A DNA stretch of 45,454 nt, filler included, from Sphacelaria rigidula (taxonomy: Eukaryota): the NCBI GenBank assembly GCA_964200075.2. It is 2 parts of 2 records of this genome, joined end to end, with 100 filler letters (N's around TTAATTAATTAA, not from the genome) between each part and the next. Parts side by side here need not be neighbours in the genome. Positions count along the whole stretch, not along the records: positions 1 to 22,680 come from CAXNAA020000319.1; positions 22,781 to 45,454 come from CAXNAA020000320.1. One strand, written 5' to 3'. The position numbers were made by a program, and so were the translations under genes. Positions 10,847 through 23,348 of the stretch are shown piece after piece; the first letter of the stretch is position 1, and each line of letters begins with the position of its first letter. The notes beneath the pieces are model-generated. The model was not told where the DNA came from. It was given only the letters and a program-made list of their open reading frames with translations, and made no database searches.

Positions 10847-10859
10847 ATAAAAAAGTAAC

Positions 10860-11110
10860 GCACCTTGGAAGTCCTAGTATACCTGAACACGACTAAAAAC
10901 TACGGTCTGACGTTCAGTTCAGAGGGACGTGTGCTCTCAGTCTTTTGTGATGCTGACTACGCGAAGAAAGAGACAAACCGGCAATCAGTTTCCGGGGTAG
11001 CGGTGATGTACGGAGGGGTAGCAGTATCGAGCATATTAGTCGAACGCAACACTGCGTTACCCTGTCACCTGTCAACCACCGGGGCCGAGTACGTAGCTAT
11101 GGCCGAAGGG
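10860..11110 (+). mobile_element. Ty1/copia RT-RNase H junction fragment
   Basis: LVYLNTTKNYGLTF...LSVFCDADYAKKETNRQSVSGVAVMYGG...LSTTGAEYVAMAEG matches the copia RNase H N-terminus. Confidence 0.85.
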
Positions 11111-11129
11111 CCCCCGGAGATCACTGATG

Positions 11130-11380
11130 CGTCATGCCGGGACGGACCACGCACAGCATATCTTTGGTTCAGGAAGCGAACAGTTTACCCATTGAAGAAG
11201 TGAACGCTCACTGGTGGCTCAATGGTCAAATGCCCGCTTGCGAAATAAGAGGTCGGGGGTTCCAGACCCCAGACGATCGATTGTTGGTGGAATTTGAAAT
11301 ATGGACAGCGAGGCATCACTAAAGTGTCTTGCCGGGACAGGGCACAAATCTATCTCTTGTTCAGGACGTGAACAGGCACC
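11130..11380 (+). mobile_element. tRNA-derived SINE-like pieces in tandem
   Basis: Box A-like TGGCTCAATGG at about 11214 and a degenerate box B. The gccgggac...ttgttcagga..gaacag segment is duplicated, and the same segment recurs at about 29670-29705. Confidence 0.45.
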
Positions 11381-11498
11381 TTCCATAACCTTCCACCTTG
11401 TGGTTGCGAACGGTACGTAACCTCAGACGTTACGCGGGTACGTTACAGAACCTTCCAGGTTCCAAAAAAGATCCGCCGTAACCTCTTGGCCACCCGTG

Positions 11499-12310
11499 AT
11501 GCGCCTGTCGTCAGTACCCAGTTCCACGGAGGCCGCCCTGCACATCAAAGCTGCCGGTCAACGGTATAAGCAGACGGGGAAGTTTGTCTTCCTTGGAGCT
11601 ATCAGCGCGGATGCGAAAATGTCCATCGAAACCAACCGCTGGATCAGCGCTGCGTGGGTACGTATCCGAAAATATAGCTCCCAACTCCACGACCGACCCA
11701 ACGCCGAGCTGTCCTTGAAAGTTCGGCTGCTTAAAGCGGAGGTAGTGGAAGCTCTGTTGTACGGACGTACCACACGGACGTCATGTTCTGAGGACTTCGA
11801 CAGTCTGCCGACGGCCCACGACAAGCACTTGTTGCGAGTGGTTGGATTCCGCAGGAAAGATCGAAATGGCTACAAGACTCTTCCGTACACAGCGGTGCTC
11901 GAGATCACCAACTGCGAACGCATCGAGACAGCTATACCGGAAAACGTCAATTATGGTTCGCGGGAGCCCTTGTCCGGCAGAAGGAAACACGTCTTCCGAA
12001 ACGCGTGTCATGAACGGATGCACAACCACACGAGGGCCCGAGGAGGCCGGCCGCCTCCCGAGCAATGAGGGGAAAACCTCCAGGAGAACCTACGTGCACT
12101 GCCGGCTGTCTCGCGCAAATGAGCACGACGGAAAATGATTCGTATACGGTGTAGAGGTTAACGATACATAAGATTGGGGTCACTGCAGCGAAGAAGATAG
12201 GCAAACGGCATATTGGAGTCGAAAAAGGAGCGTAAGAGTTTGAGGACACGTGGCGACGCACGGACAAACGAGAATCAGAATGCCGTCACAAGCGAGAGGC
12301 TGCTGCATCG
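11499..12310 (+). mobile_element. RTE-like LINE relic, 3' part (continuation of 9455-9823)
   Basis: AAGQRYKQTGKFVFLG...LSLKVRLLKAEVVEALLYG...DWVTAAKKIG..GVEKGA. A T-rich 3' region continues to about 12770. Confidence 0.85.
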
Positions 12311-12884
12311 ACCGCCGCCAATCGAAGTACCCCATCTGCTCATATTGGTTCTTGATCGTGTCCTGAGTCGGTGGCTCTGCGGTGCCCCGTGGTATGTCTG
12401 TATTCACTCTGCTGCCCTGATGGTTTGCGCTGCACTTCTGTAGTCTCTTCCCCCTGTTCTCCTCGCTATATGTGTTCTTCCCTGCCGGTATACGGTAGAG
12501 CAGTGTGGTACCTCGCTTCTTCTTTTTGCCGATTGTTTTCTACGACTAGGTATGAGTGTGGTTCTACGCCAGAGTTTGTACGCCGAAGCCATGTGGCAGA
12601 GACCGGCCATTTCTTTCTTCGCTTTCCTTTTCTCTTCTTTTTTATTTATCGCTCTTCTTTTCTTTTCACGTCTTAGCCTACAATGTTTTTTCTGTTCTGT
12701 TCTACTTTTCCTGCTTCTTTTTTTTCTGCAGCGAGTGGTTCGGGTTTGTTTCTTCTTGGAAACGTATGTCATGTGACCACGGTTGGATCGCTGGGGGGTC
12801 ACTTCAAGTGCGACAATCAATCGATGAATCAAAAATCGAAGTCAACGAGAAAATGTCTGGGTTCCAACGGCAATATCCTCCGTG

Positions 12885-13060
12885 ATGCTTGTTGTCGGGA
12901 AAACGATTTTTGCTAGGGCCCTTTACGAGAAAATGGGGCAAGAAAAAATTTCCGTGGCATGAAAAACGACGAGACGGGGAAGAAATCACGCCCCTGAAAG
13001 CACGACGGGACGGCAAAGGATGGGACGAAAATTTCAAGTCCCGTCCTGTACGGTCTTGTG
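12885..13060. mobile_element. Fragment of GGGAC-repeat TIR element family
   Basis: gacgggacgg and tcccgtcc motifs shared with 27765-28618. Confidence 0.45.
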
Positions 13061-14544
13061 AAGGGGCGTTAGTGGGCGCGACCCCCACTCTGCCTTGAGC
13101 GATGCTCGCGAACGCTCGAGGTGCCTGCTCCACAAGACTGCCGCGAGGCGGTCTAGCTGAGCCTCCGGGAAATCGGCGCACGAAGCCACTCGCGGGGTAG
13201 TAAGCGTTGGGTTGGGTTTCCTCGTTCCGTCACGGAAAAAGAGACAAAACATAATCAAGTGTCGAAAGAGTACTGCATGGCGCGTACGACTGAAAAAAAA
13301 ACATCTACAATACGTTGGTGATGTCTCTTGTGGAGATCTGGTCCATTGTTTCACCAGGGATAGGAAGCCGTTCCCGGGGGGAGTTTCCACCGTTCTGCCT
13401 TGTCTCAAGCAGACGGTGGTTCTCCTGCCTTGCATAGGGGTACATGGTAAGGGTGCCCATATTTTGAGAATTCGTGTTATGCGTTCAGAAGCATCATGTA
13501 ATCCGCCCGCAAACGACCAACGCGTCAAGCAACACCCACTCCGGGTGAGGGCGTTTGGGGAGAAGGGACGATACAGGCTGATTCACGGTCATAATTTACC
13601 CTAAAAATATCCATCTGTAAACTTCACGCCAAGTTTCTGTAGCGATTACCTGAATATTTGCGCAAGTGTGCGATCAGTCACTACAATTATTCTGTGGTCA
13701 AGTTTTTTTCTACTTGATATTTCGCCGTTTTTCGGGGGTCCCAGCAAGGACCCCGTGGGACCCCCGGAAACCAGTAAAAAATTCAGTAATCAACGACACG
13801 TGGTCCATCAAAAGTGTTGCAATAAACCATCGTACATGTGTCCAAAATTGTATTGTCTGAATCCTCAAAACGTCGTGAAAGCTCGCGTTTTTGTGCGATG
13901 AGTGAGCATGAAACGCGCAAACTCCCAACTTCCTCATTTGAGTATCAACACGTCTTTGTCGCTATGTTGAAACGCTCATGCCAGGAAAACTGAGAGATTT
14001 TCGGGTTTCGCTACCAAACTCTGTACATGTGTTCCTTGAACTGCCCCGGCGCTCACGAGTGCGATTTTCTTCTTTTCTTGGGGCATTCTGTGCCGCCTTC
14101 CGGAAGTCTTGAAGCTTGTACCTCTAGAAGCCGGGAAAAAGAGCGGAGAAGAATTGATATATTGACATCAATACATTGGTACCATTTGGATAATCAACAC
14201 CTGCGGAACTGCCGAGTTTAAGCGCGACCTGAGCTCCCCTACGACGGATATAAGCGGAACCCTCGGGATACTTGTGGGCTCTCTATTGGTACCGGTCACG
14301 TGTTCAGACTCAATGTTGTCCCGCCGCAAATGACTCACACGTCGGATAACACCCCCTTTGCGCTGAGATTCGTTCGGGGAGGGGATGCGTTTGGGATGCG
14401 TTGATTTCACGCCCGGAAAAGGATATTGGCGGAGGAGGGTGTCGCACGGGAATAATATGTGGACACGTTCTGGCGATGCCCTCCTCGTCCTCGGGAGCAT
14501 CGTCACTCGCGCGTTCAAATTCCTGTGTAACTGACGAGAACAAT

Positions 14545-14925
14545 ACATCACGCCCACCCCATGAGGAAGTAGATGCACGACATTGCTCCTGTGGTGACGC
14601 AATAAAGAGCGTAAGTCATACAGTGGCCGAAAGTGAACTACACAAGGAGGAACGGGAAGTGCTGGAAATACGGGACGCAAACGAAGATGGCATGAAATCG
14701 TTTAATGCATTAGACAAGACAGTACAGTAGCGAGGAAACACTCGCTATACTAGGGGATAGATGGTGGCCACAGACGGCGAAACAGGACGCGGATAACACA
14801 TGTAAAAAGGTTCATGTGTAATGTATGGAGGAAGCGTAATGAGCGCCCAAACATAGGAGATTTCAAACGGTGCTTCGCCTCGAAAGGGGTGCGTGGTCAA
14901 TGGGTAAACGACTAAGGCAAACAAC
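14545..14925 (+). mobile_element. LINE ORF2 3' end (CCHC-like zinc finger region), 5'-truncated copy
   Basis: EEVDARHCSCGDAIKSVSHTVAESELHKEEREVLE...TLAILGDRWWPQTAKQDAD...WRKRNERPN...RKGCVVNG, with stops and frameshifts. Confidence 0.75.
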
Positions 14926-16607
14926 AAGTGAGTACACCCCCCCTCTCCCTCATCGTGTCTGGGGAAGGGATGGAGCGATTTCATCCCCGGTGGAAAGAAA
15001 CGGGGGGGCGGGGTCAAGTCTAGTTTTGATGGCGACACAACGCTACATCTGTACGCAGGTCGAGGAAAATCAGATTCGGGAGTCATCTATGGGCAAAAGT
15101 GACCTTCAATCAAAGGGAAGCTTAATCCGAAAAAAAGTATAGGTGAAGCTAAAACGAGTTTAATGGCATTAATATAGTCTTTTGTCAAACACCCGAAACC
15201 GGTTGATCTAAGCTTGAGCGGGAGTCATATGTTATGAACCCAAGATGGCCCAGATCGGGGGAGCATAGATCGGGATTTTCGACTTTCGCACCAAAATCCT
15301 CAGTCTGCAATACATATCGGGAGAAAGTGGAGCACCCCCCAGTTTGTGAGAAGGTGGCGTATGCACAGTGACATACGATGATAGGACAAGAAGCTTTCCA
15401 TCTTCTTGATACCGCAGCACTGGAGTCTTGTGTGACGGCACAGACCGTGCCTACCTGCGCCAGATGCTGGGGTAGCTTCGTAGCACAGGTAGTGCACAGG
15501 GGATTTGACAGGCAGATAATAAGTGTTGATGCCGTGCCCTGGGGCGATGGTAACATACTGCACTACATGACCGCACGTATCACCGTAACAGACGGTTCCG
15601 TGCCATCCTACTGTTTGCTGTCGCTGTACTTGCAGGGTGATGCACGGTACTGCATTCGTACTGCACTCTTTGCGCACACTGTCCTCTTAGTACTGACTGT
15701 ACCATCATGTATTTCCGCGCGGCATTATCGTGTACTGGGATAATACCACGGGGTACAGTGCTCGACTGTATTATACTCGACGGTACCACGGTACGACCCT
15801 GTACTCGGAGGATGGTTCACCGCCTGCCTGTTCTTCGACTTCACTAGAAAGCGATACCCCGCACCTGCGGAGAATAGACCCCGTATACAGGATTATATTC
15901 ACCAAATTCGTTAAACCATGATGGGGTTCCTGCCACATGATTTTTGCTAGTAAGACACCCCGATTCTGCACAGATCGAGGTCTCTGAAGATTCGGGGTGT
16001 GTTCCCATGAAATGCCGACTAGATAGTGATTGCTTACAGTGAGCGTGTTTGTGCGTTTCAGTTGCACCGCCATTCGTGTGCAACTCTGCAAAACGGTAGA
16101 TATCACCCGTGTGAATTTGGCGAGGGGTGAGATGTGTAGATGAAATCTCCGCAACAGGAATTATATCTTCTTTGCCATGTCAATATTTCAAGTATATCGA
16201 AAAAAAATCAGGTCATCCAGGCCAAAACGGTGGATACCACCCCTGACATCACGGTACAAAGCACCCTCCGGAACGTCCATTTCCTCGTCTCCTGCGCTCC
16301 CATGCGCTTCACGCCCAAATCCGACTTCACCCATGTTATTCACGTACTATTGTTCGACATCTGTCAAATTTTAGGCTCTTGGTGACTTTCCTCATGTATT
16401 GGACTCAGATATCGTTAAGGGCCCGTACAAATTTAGGTACCTTTACTTTTGGGACAGAGGAAATATATGCTCCGCTTTTCGCCGATTATGCCACCTCTTT
16501 CATGCCTGTTTTTTTCGGATTATGCCCCAAAAAAGGTGAACTATGGTACAGTCATGCTTCATTATGATTTTATGACACCTCACATAAAACGATGGTATGC
16601 TCCTTTT

Positions 16608-18042
16608 CACACGTCGGACAGATCAGCTGCCTATAGCTCGAGCTAGCTCTTTTTTAGCGTAGCTCTCTAGTGAGCTATGAGAGCTACATGAGCTACGCAT
16701 GTTTTCCTTGGGTGAGCTATGAGAGCTGTATGAGCTACGCACGTTTACCGTACGTGAGCTACCAACCCGTAGCTTATCAGCTCATATTCGTCCTGAGTGA
16801 GCTATGGGATCTGTATGAGCTACGCACGTTTGCGATAGGTGAGCTACCAACCCGTAGCTCATCAACTCAGATTCGTCCTGGGCGAGCTATGAGAGCTGCA
16901 TGAGCTACGCATGTTTCCCCTGGATGAGCTACCAACCGGTGGCTCATCAGCTCATATTCGCCGTCGGTGAGCTATGAGAGCTGCATGAGCTGCACCTGTT
17001 TGCCCTGGATGAGCTGCGAGAGATGCATGAGCTACACCTGTTTGCCCTGGATGAGCTGCGAGAGATGCATGAGCTACACATGTTTGCCCTGAATGAACTG
17101 TGAGAGCTACGGGAGCTACGCATGATTGCACTGGGTGAGCTTAAGAGCTACGGGAGCTACGCCGATCTTGGACTTGTTTCTGTTCCGATGCTCATGCACG
17201 TTGATATTGTACGTACGTGACAACGGTTGGATGTGCACACACCTGTTCCGTTTCGTGTAACGATGGATTTGCTTCTTGTCAACACCAAAAATCAACATGG
17301 CTGCATCAGAAGTCATCCGCATCATAGCCACCACATACACACACAACCACAGACGCACACACGACCACACACACACACAAAATTCGCCCTGCATGGCGAC
17401 CGCGGGGGGCAGCAGCTCTAGCCGCGCTTCAGTCGTACATGATGTGGTGCAACTGGACCCTTCGCAACAGGCGATCAATGTGGAAGACGGGAGTGCACTT
17501 ACCCACATCAGCACATGTTTGCCTTGGGGGAGCTGTCGAGCGTAACTCATCCGCATACGTTTTCCGTGGGCGAGCTGTAAGAAGTGCGTGAGCTACACAT
17601 GTTTTTCCGCGGTGAGCTTTAAGAGCTAGGTGAGCTACGCATGTTTGCCGTGGGTGAGCTACCGAACATAGCTCATCCGCGCATGATTTATCTGGGTGAG
17701 CTGTGAGAGCTACATGACCCGCACATGTTTGCCCTGAGTGAGCTATGGGATCTGTATGAGCTACGCACGTTTGCGATAGGTGAGCTATGAGAGTTGCACG
17801 AGCTGCGCGTGTTTACCCTGGGTGAGCTACCAACCCGTAGCTCATCAGCGCATATTCGCCCTGGGTGAGCTATGAGAGCTGCATGAGATACGCATGTTTG
17901 TCATGGGTGAGCTACCAACTCGTCGCTCACCAGCGCACGTTTGCTTTGTGTTGAGCTGTAGGACGTAGCTCACATGTACATGTTTGACTACAAGTGAACT
18001 ACCGCCCGCAGATGAGCTAGCTCATGAGCTGTCCTACGTGTG
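16608..18042. mobile_element. Non-autonomous hAT/P-like TIR element built from a 42/43-bp GAGCT minisatellite
   Basis: TIR CACACGTCGGACAGATCA vs TGAGCTGTCCTACGTGTG (16/18 match) and a perfect 8-bp TSD CTCCTTTT (16600-16607, 18043-18050). Same-orientation tandem units fill about 16660-17160 and 17520-18020. Confidence 0.85.
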
Positions 18043-18804
18043 CTCCTTTTATGCTGGCCACCAAGCAGAAATATGCATCACATGCTTCGCAAACATCGCT
18101 GTCGTGTATCCGCGGGGCAGTGCACGCCGTGTGCCATGCGTTCGTAGTGCAATTGGTTGTCATTGTGTCACAAGTCTTACGCCAACATGAAAAAAAACAA
18201 ATTATCGGAACAGAAACTGACCTCTTTTCGGCCCCTTGCGTGCTGCTGCAAGCCGCAAGCCCAGATTCAGCAATGTGGCTTGTTTTGTGTGCTACTTCAC
18301 GTGACATGTGGGTGAAGTTTCAGCGCGATGCAGCGCCGACAGCGAATGTACGGTCGTATCTGCCAAACTGAGTATGTCTACAGGCGATGTGTATCCGAGA
18401 TTTCTTCAAATGGTCATTATCCACAGGGTATGGCAGCACGAGTCGAGGCAGTTTGCAAGCCAATCAGCCACTCGAAACCAGGCGCATCATCGCTGGCTGG
18501 CGCCTGTGCCATACCCAGTACCTCTGTACCTCTGTGTCCTCTGTATTGTACGCTGTATGTTTTGTGTTTGGTTGTAGAGATCATGCTCTACAATCAAAAT
18601 AGCCGGTAACGATTTTTATGCTACAGGTGTATGCCGCTAAACGGGGGATTATGCTAGCTCAGCCCTGATTATGCTGGCATTATGCTCGTACGCTAATTTG
18701 GGCGAAACAGACCAATTATGATAAAAATCTTGCCCGCACAAAGGACTCAGGCCTAGAGAAAACTACCCAAATTTGGTGATTCTCTGCACGTTGACATCTG
18801 TGAG

Positions 18805-18927
18805 GTCACCTTTTTGCTCAAATCAAGACACTCCCGAATATGCGTGCACAACAAACATATTTGCCGCCCAACTCTGTCCCTCGCGCACACACATTCGGGG
18901 GTACCTCGATTCGAGCAAAGAGGTGAC
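18805..18927. repeat. Imperfect inverted repeat (about 45-bp arms, about 33-nt loop)
   Basis: gtcacctttttgctcaaatc...cccgaatatgcgtgcac pairs with gcgcacacacattcgggg...gattcgagcaaagaggtgac. Confidence 0.7.
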
Positions 18928-20011
18928 GTGCCAAAGCTCAACGTCCAGACAATCGAAGAATTAATCGGTTTCGTCATAGCTTGCCGAGACATTTTGACCA
19001 GCGAGCTGGGGTCCGAAAAATCAATCCGCGGGAGAAAATCGTCTGCAGACGGGTTGAAATCCTCAGATTTGTGCAAGCACAGATTTGCCCCTCTCCAAAG
19101 CGGTCTAGATGCACAGTCTTCACGTTGACCGAGAGCTTCTATGATAGCATCAACTACTTGTGCGAACCTGGGTATAGAGTTTCACTTAGGTATGACCCCA
19201 ATACTATACCCAAATGTTTGGTAGATTGGGTAACATGTCATTCATCTACCCGTATACAGGGAAAACCTCTGGAAGTGGCGATATCAGAAAATAAAGCAAC
19301 TCATTATAGCCTGTCTTTGAAATGCAAGATAATCAGCGGGCTTCGGGCTGAACAATCTAAGCAGGATGAAACCTGGCAGCACATCATTCTTCGATCGAAA
19401 GAAAAGGTTGATGGAATTGATTTGAGCGAATTCGTTTATTCCTAGCGAGTTGGGTCCAAGTGAATTCGCGAGCTTACGAACGAAAAAAGACAGTGAACTT
19501 TGAAAAGCGGTAATTGTTCGCTTTTCTACAACACAGTGCTGTACTGTCTGCGCTGTATGCGTACTGTGTGCCCAAGTGTGTGTTTGTGGGTGTTTCGTAC
19601 AGTAGGTACAGTAGGATATGAGAGAGCGCATGACTATCCGTACTTCCTGGTCAGGGTGCGACGTGAAAAGCACTTGCACAACGTGCAGCTTTGTACCACC
19701 TGCACTGTCCATGAGGGTACGCAAGTCGATCGTTCACCGTACCATGCAGTTCTGTCGCCGATCTTCACCATGGGAGAAGGTGCTCAAGTTTTCGACAAGA
19801 ACAACAAAAACAAGTCATACTCAACTACTGGAGAATGTCCATCCCTGTACCTTGCTCGGGCTCCATGATGCAGGGTTGCGGTACTGACTGAGAATGAGTT
19901 GCGTGGGGGTTGCATTGTTCTGTGAACGGGTGGTATCTGGCGTGGTGGTCCGCAAGACAGGTGTCAGGTGCCCCTTCGCACCTTTCCTCCGCATGTTTTC
20001 GATCGACGAGG

Positions 20012-21608
20012 CCGAGGGCAGGTCGGGTAGGATATGTTCTTCTAAATACTCGGTTAAAAAACTCGCGTACTTATTCCACCCAAGGTTTGGGTAGACTGGG
20101 AATGGCTTCAAATATTCTACCCAATTTTTGGGAACATTGGGCAGGATCTCAAATACTCCAACCAAATTTCGGGTAAGCACTCTCAGCAATACCTGGGTAC
20201 AGAATATCACTTGGATGTTACCTCAACACTCAACCCAAATTTTGGATATGTTGGGGGTAAGACATCCAACACTCGACCCAAATTTTGGGTACATGGCGAA
20301 TGATTTCAATACTCTACCCAAACTATGGGCAAGTAATCTCAGCAATACCTGGGTATAGAGCATCACTTGGCTTATTACAATAATGACCTCGATACTCTAC
20401 TTCAACCTTTCGGGACCGGACCCCCACTAACACAGGGCTGACCCTGTGTTCGTGGAATAATAACAAACAAGTCTCCGAGCGACCTGCCCTATCACGGCGA
20501 TGCGAAATTTATCGACCAGACCCGAACGACCAGCACGGGGATTGTTGTCGAGTGTGATGCCACTGCAGAGATCGTGTGGGGGCCCTATCCCTGGCCCAGA
20601 TAAGCCTCCCTAGGTTTCTAAGTGCAGGGTTATCGCAGCTTATTTTTATGATATTACTTGCACTTAGTATAGCGTTCCCGAGTTTCTCCAAAGTGTTTTT
20701 TGGGTCCCAATTATATACTGAAACGTAGTAATTGATACTAACACAGGATGGATCGTGAAAAAACGGGAAGGAGTGTACATGCTACAATGTGGTCATTTTC
20801 ACGAGGCACTAAACCCAGATGGGCCGTGGAAAGACGAAATGAGCTACCGTCATGAGATCTGCTGATCCCTATGCCGATGGCTTGCAGTGTTCAGTTAACA
20901 TGTACGGAGTATGTCGTAGGCGGGGATGAAGAAGCGATATAGAGAGTTGATCTCAGTGGCTGAGAATTGCCCAGAACGTGCAATGGAGTATGCAACGGCA
21001 GCTGCTGCTGCCGTCGGGGAGGCGTACTGCACTGTACTCATACTGAACGATACTGTACGTATGCGCGCCGCAAAGCTGATATACCATTTGAAGAGAATTT
21101 GCCGCATGCAAAAAAGAGGGAAATGGCGGCCCACCCTGACCACAAAGGGCTGTGTTGCAAGGTGATCGGGACTAAAATACCATCCAAAGCCACAAGTGGT
21201 GGGCGGCCCGTGGGTCGCCGTATCCTGTTGGAAGCCCACTACCGTGACTTGTCCTGCTTCCTACATCAGATGTACACTACCTAATGCGCACCCCGCACCT
21301 GAAAATATATTGGATGAAGCTTTACGTCTTCGTCAAAACCCTACGGTTACATACGCGAATGTTCACACGCCCTTGTCTATTTTCGTGCAGACGCCAGACA
21401 CTTCATTCCTAACCAGCCTTATTGGTCGTTCTCGAGGCCCGGTCCCAAAATGATTAAAAATTGGGTAATTTGGGTACGATCTACAATACTGTACTGATAT
21501 TTTCGGTAGATTTAGTATGATTTCAATAATTTACCCAAATGTTCGGGCACTAAGAGTATGACTTTTCGAAAGACTGAGTATCGGGCGTACCGTACTCGAC
21601 TCGCCATT
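20012..21608. mobile_element. Possible degraded TIR element with ACCCAAATTTT/ACTC subterminal repeats
   Basis: Dense actc.acccaaattt.ggg repeats at 20040-20400, related motifs at 21450-21600 and degenerate terminal similarity (ggcaggtcgggta vs tactcgactcgcc). No TSD found. Confidence 0.4.
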
Positions 21609-22384
21609 GCAATAGTCGTGCTCATGTCAGAATCTGTTCTGCCTGCGGATGGGAAACATCGTCAGCTTGTGCGCTGCGATGTGTGCAATTGAGCTGGAGT
21701 TCTTGTATGACGAAGAAACGGATATTTCCTGTACCTTGAGGCCAGTATTACTGTGAATTTATGCTCCATCGAGCCTGCTGATCCCATCATGCATTGATTT
21801 TGGTAGGGGTGATGAAGAACGTGACACTAAACCATAAGCCGCACTGGGTGCTGGGGCTGATACGAGTGCTGGTATTTTCACAACAGTATTTTACCGTGAT
21901 ATGCTCGTAGTCCATGTGTGTCGCGGGACACTAGACGACTAGCTTTAAGACCACCTAAATGATAGCGCAGGAGCAGTGTCCAAAACAATGTCCGTGCAGT
22001 ATGATAGGGCGACTTGGTCTAGAGCGACAGCGTGCACTATGTACGACCCTGCTGGGGCTACAATCCATATACGGGGTTTTGACAACTGCGGATCATCTGC
22101 ACCGGACCGGGTACTGTACTGACTGTACTGTTGTAATGTGCCGTCTGTGATATGCAGTAGTTCCTCCGATAGGTCGGACAAGTGAGTGCTGGTCCTAGCT
22201 CGACGGATCCCTTGCCTGCCATCCTTCTTTGACGGTACACGAGCCCTGTAAGTATTTCGTTTCTGCACTGCCTTCCTGCTGCGCTCGCACAAACGTTGAG
22301 AACGACGAATATTTGAACACAGCCGACCAGGTGCCGACAGACTACCACAGACTGTCTGTGGAGCATATCACAACTCCGCCTATA

Positions 22385-22680
22385 CTGTGTGTGTGTGTGT
22401 GTATGTTGTGTTGTCGTCCCATTTATTCTGGGCGCCAGTCTACCCCTTTCGAGATATGTGGGCGCATCAGCCGGGGTCACACAACAGGAGGAAGGTCAAC
22501 ACAGGAGCTTTTTCTTTTTTATTTCTTTTTAGTACCCTACCTTCCTTCTGCGCTGCTTTTATTTTTTATCGCGAGAGGGGTTCAGCAGTCCCTTTCCCTC
22601 GTCGACCGTTGAGTCGAATTTTGTGTACCCACGACATAGTCGCTCTCCGCTGTTGAGCACGGTACAAGAAAAAATCCCAG
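22385..22680 (-). mobile_element. SINE family A copy (head lost in gap)
   Basis: Colinear with 6235-6530 (gtcgtcccatttattctgg...caggaggaaggtcaacacagg...ttccctcgtcgacc). Confidence 0.85.
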
Positions 22681-22780
22681 NNNNNNNNNNNNNNNNNNNN
22701 NNNNNNNNNNNNNNNNNNNNNNNNTTAATTAATTAANNNNNNNNNNNNNNNNNNNNNNNNNNNNNNNNNNNNNNNNNNNN
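22681..22780. other. Artificial scaffold gap/linker
   Basis: 44 N + TTAATTAATTAA + 44 N = exactly 100 bp. The 12-mer is a self-complementary all-frame stop linker. Confidence 0.95.
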
Positions 22781-22990
22781 GGGAAAGGGATTGCTGGGCC
22801 CCTCTCGTGATTAAAATAAAAAGGCAAGCATCGCAGAAGGAAGGTGGGATACTAAACACAAATAAAAAACAAGGAAGGTTCTGTGTTGACCTTCCTCCTG
22901 TGTGACCCCGGCTGATGCACCCACATACACCGAAAGGTGGAGACTGGTGCCCAGAATAAAGGGGACGACAATGCACAACACACACGCACG
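22781..22990 (+). mobile_element. SINE family A copy, opposite orientation (head lost in gap)
   Basis: Reverse complement of the family A body (ctgtgttgaccttcctcctgtgtgaccccggctg...cagaataaaggggacgac) ending in a CA-rich tail. Confidence 0.8.
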
Positions 22991-23348
22991 AGTAGGTGTG
23001 CGGGACTTGTTTTTCGTGATCCCCTAGTGAATATCGTATTAATGTTCGACCTAATTTTCGAAGATGATCTCTTGCGAGATGAAGCCCATGGCCCCTCCTC
23101 GACGCGCAAAGCCAAGCAACAATAAACCGAGAATAATAAAAGCACAGATCACTTGTCATCACAATGAAAATCGCAAGGTTCTATCCTTGCACCCACACTA
23201 GGCCGGGGTGTATTCCCCATCGGATTCACGAAGGACGCACCCTTTCCCGACACACAGGGGTGAAGGTTCTCATAATTAAGACACACATGGTACTTTTATA
23301 GTGTATAGTCCATTCCTCCAAGACAAAAACAAGATATCCCACATCCAA

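Larger units (their letters stand above)
9824..11498. mobile_element. Non-autonomous DNA transposon (CMC/CACTA-like) inserted in the LINE
   Basis: Perfect 12-bp TIR CACGGGTGGCCA (9824-9835) / TGGCCACCCGTG (11487-11498), a 2-bp AT target duplication and subterminal GTTAC.GGAGGTTA repeats. Removing it restores the LINE frame K-T-E-Y-M-R-L. Confidence 0.85.

Noticed and set aside
11496-12068. 190-aa ORF as a host gene
   Set aside because: It is a fragment of the interrupted LINE ORF2.
12404-12916. Lys/Arg-rich and Phe-rich ORFs
   Set aside because: Low-complexity translations of the T-rich LINE 3' tail.
16660-18020. CRISPR-like array
   Set aside because: Units are contiguous tandem repeats without unique spacers, lie inside a TIR/TSD-bounded element, and there are no cas genes in this eukaryotic context.
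18981-19445. 154-aa ORF
   Set aside because: No recognisable motifs, non-ATG start and no consistent splice partners.
20926-21453. Transposase remnant inside the 20-21.6 kb element
   Set aside because: Short ORFs lack identifiable DDE, BED or SWIM motifs.
22725-23162. 145-aa ORF
   Set aside because: Runs through a SINE and N-gap and ends on the synthetic linker.
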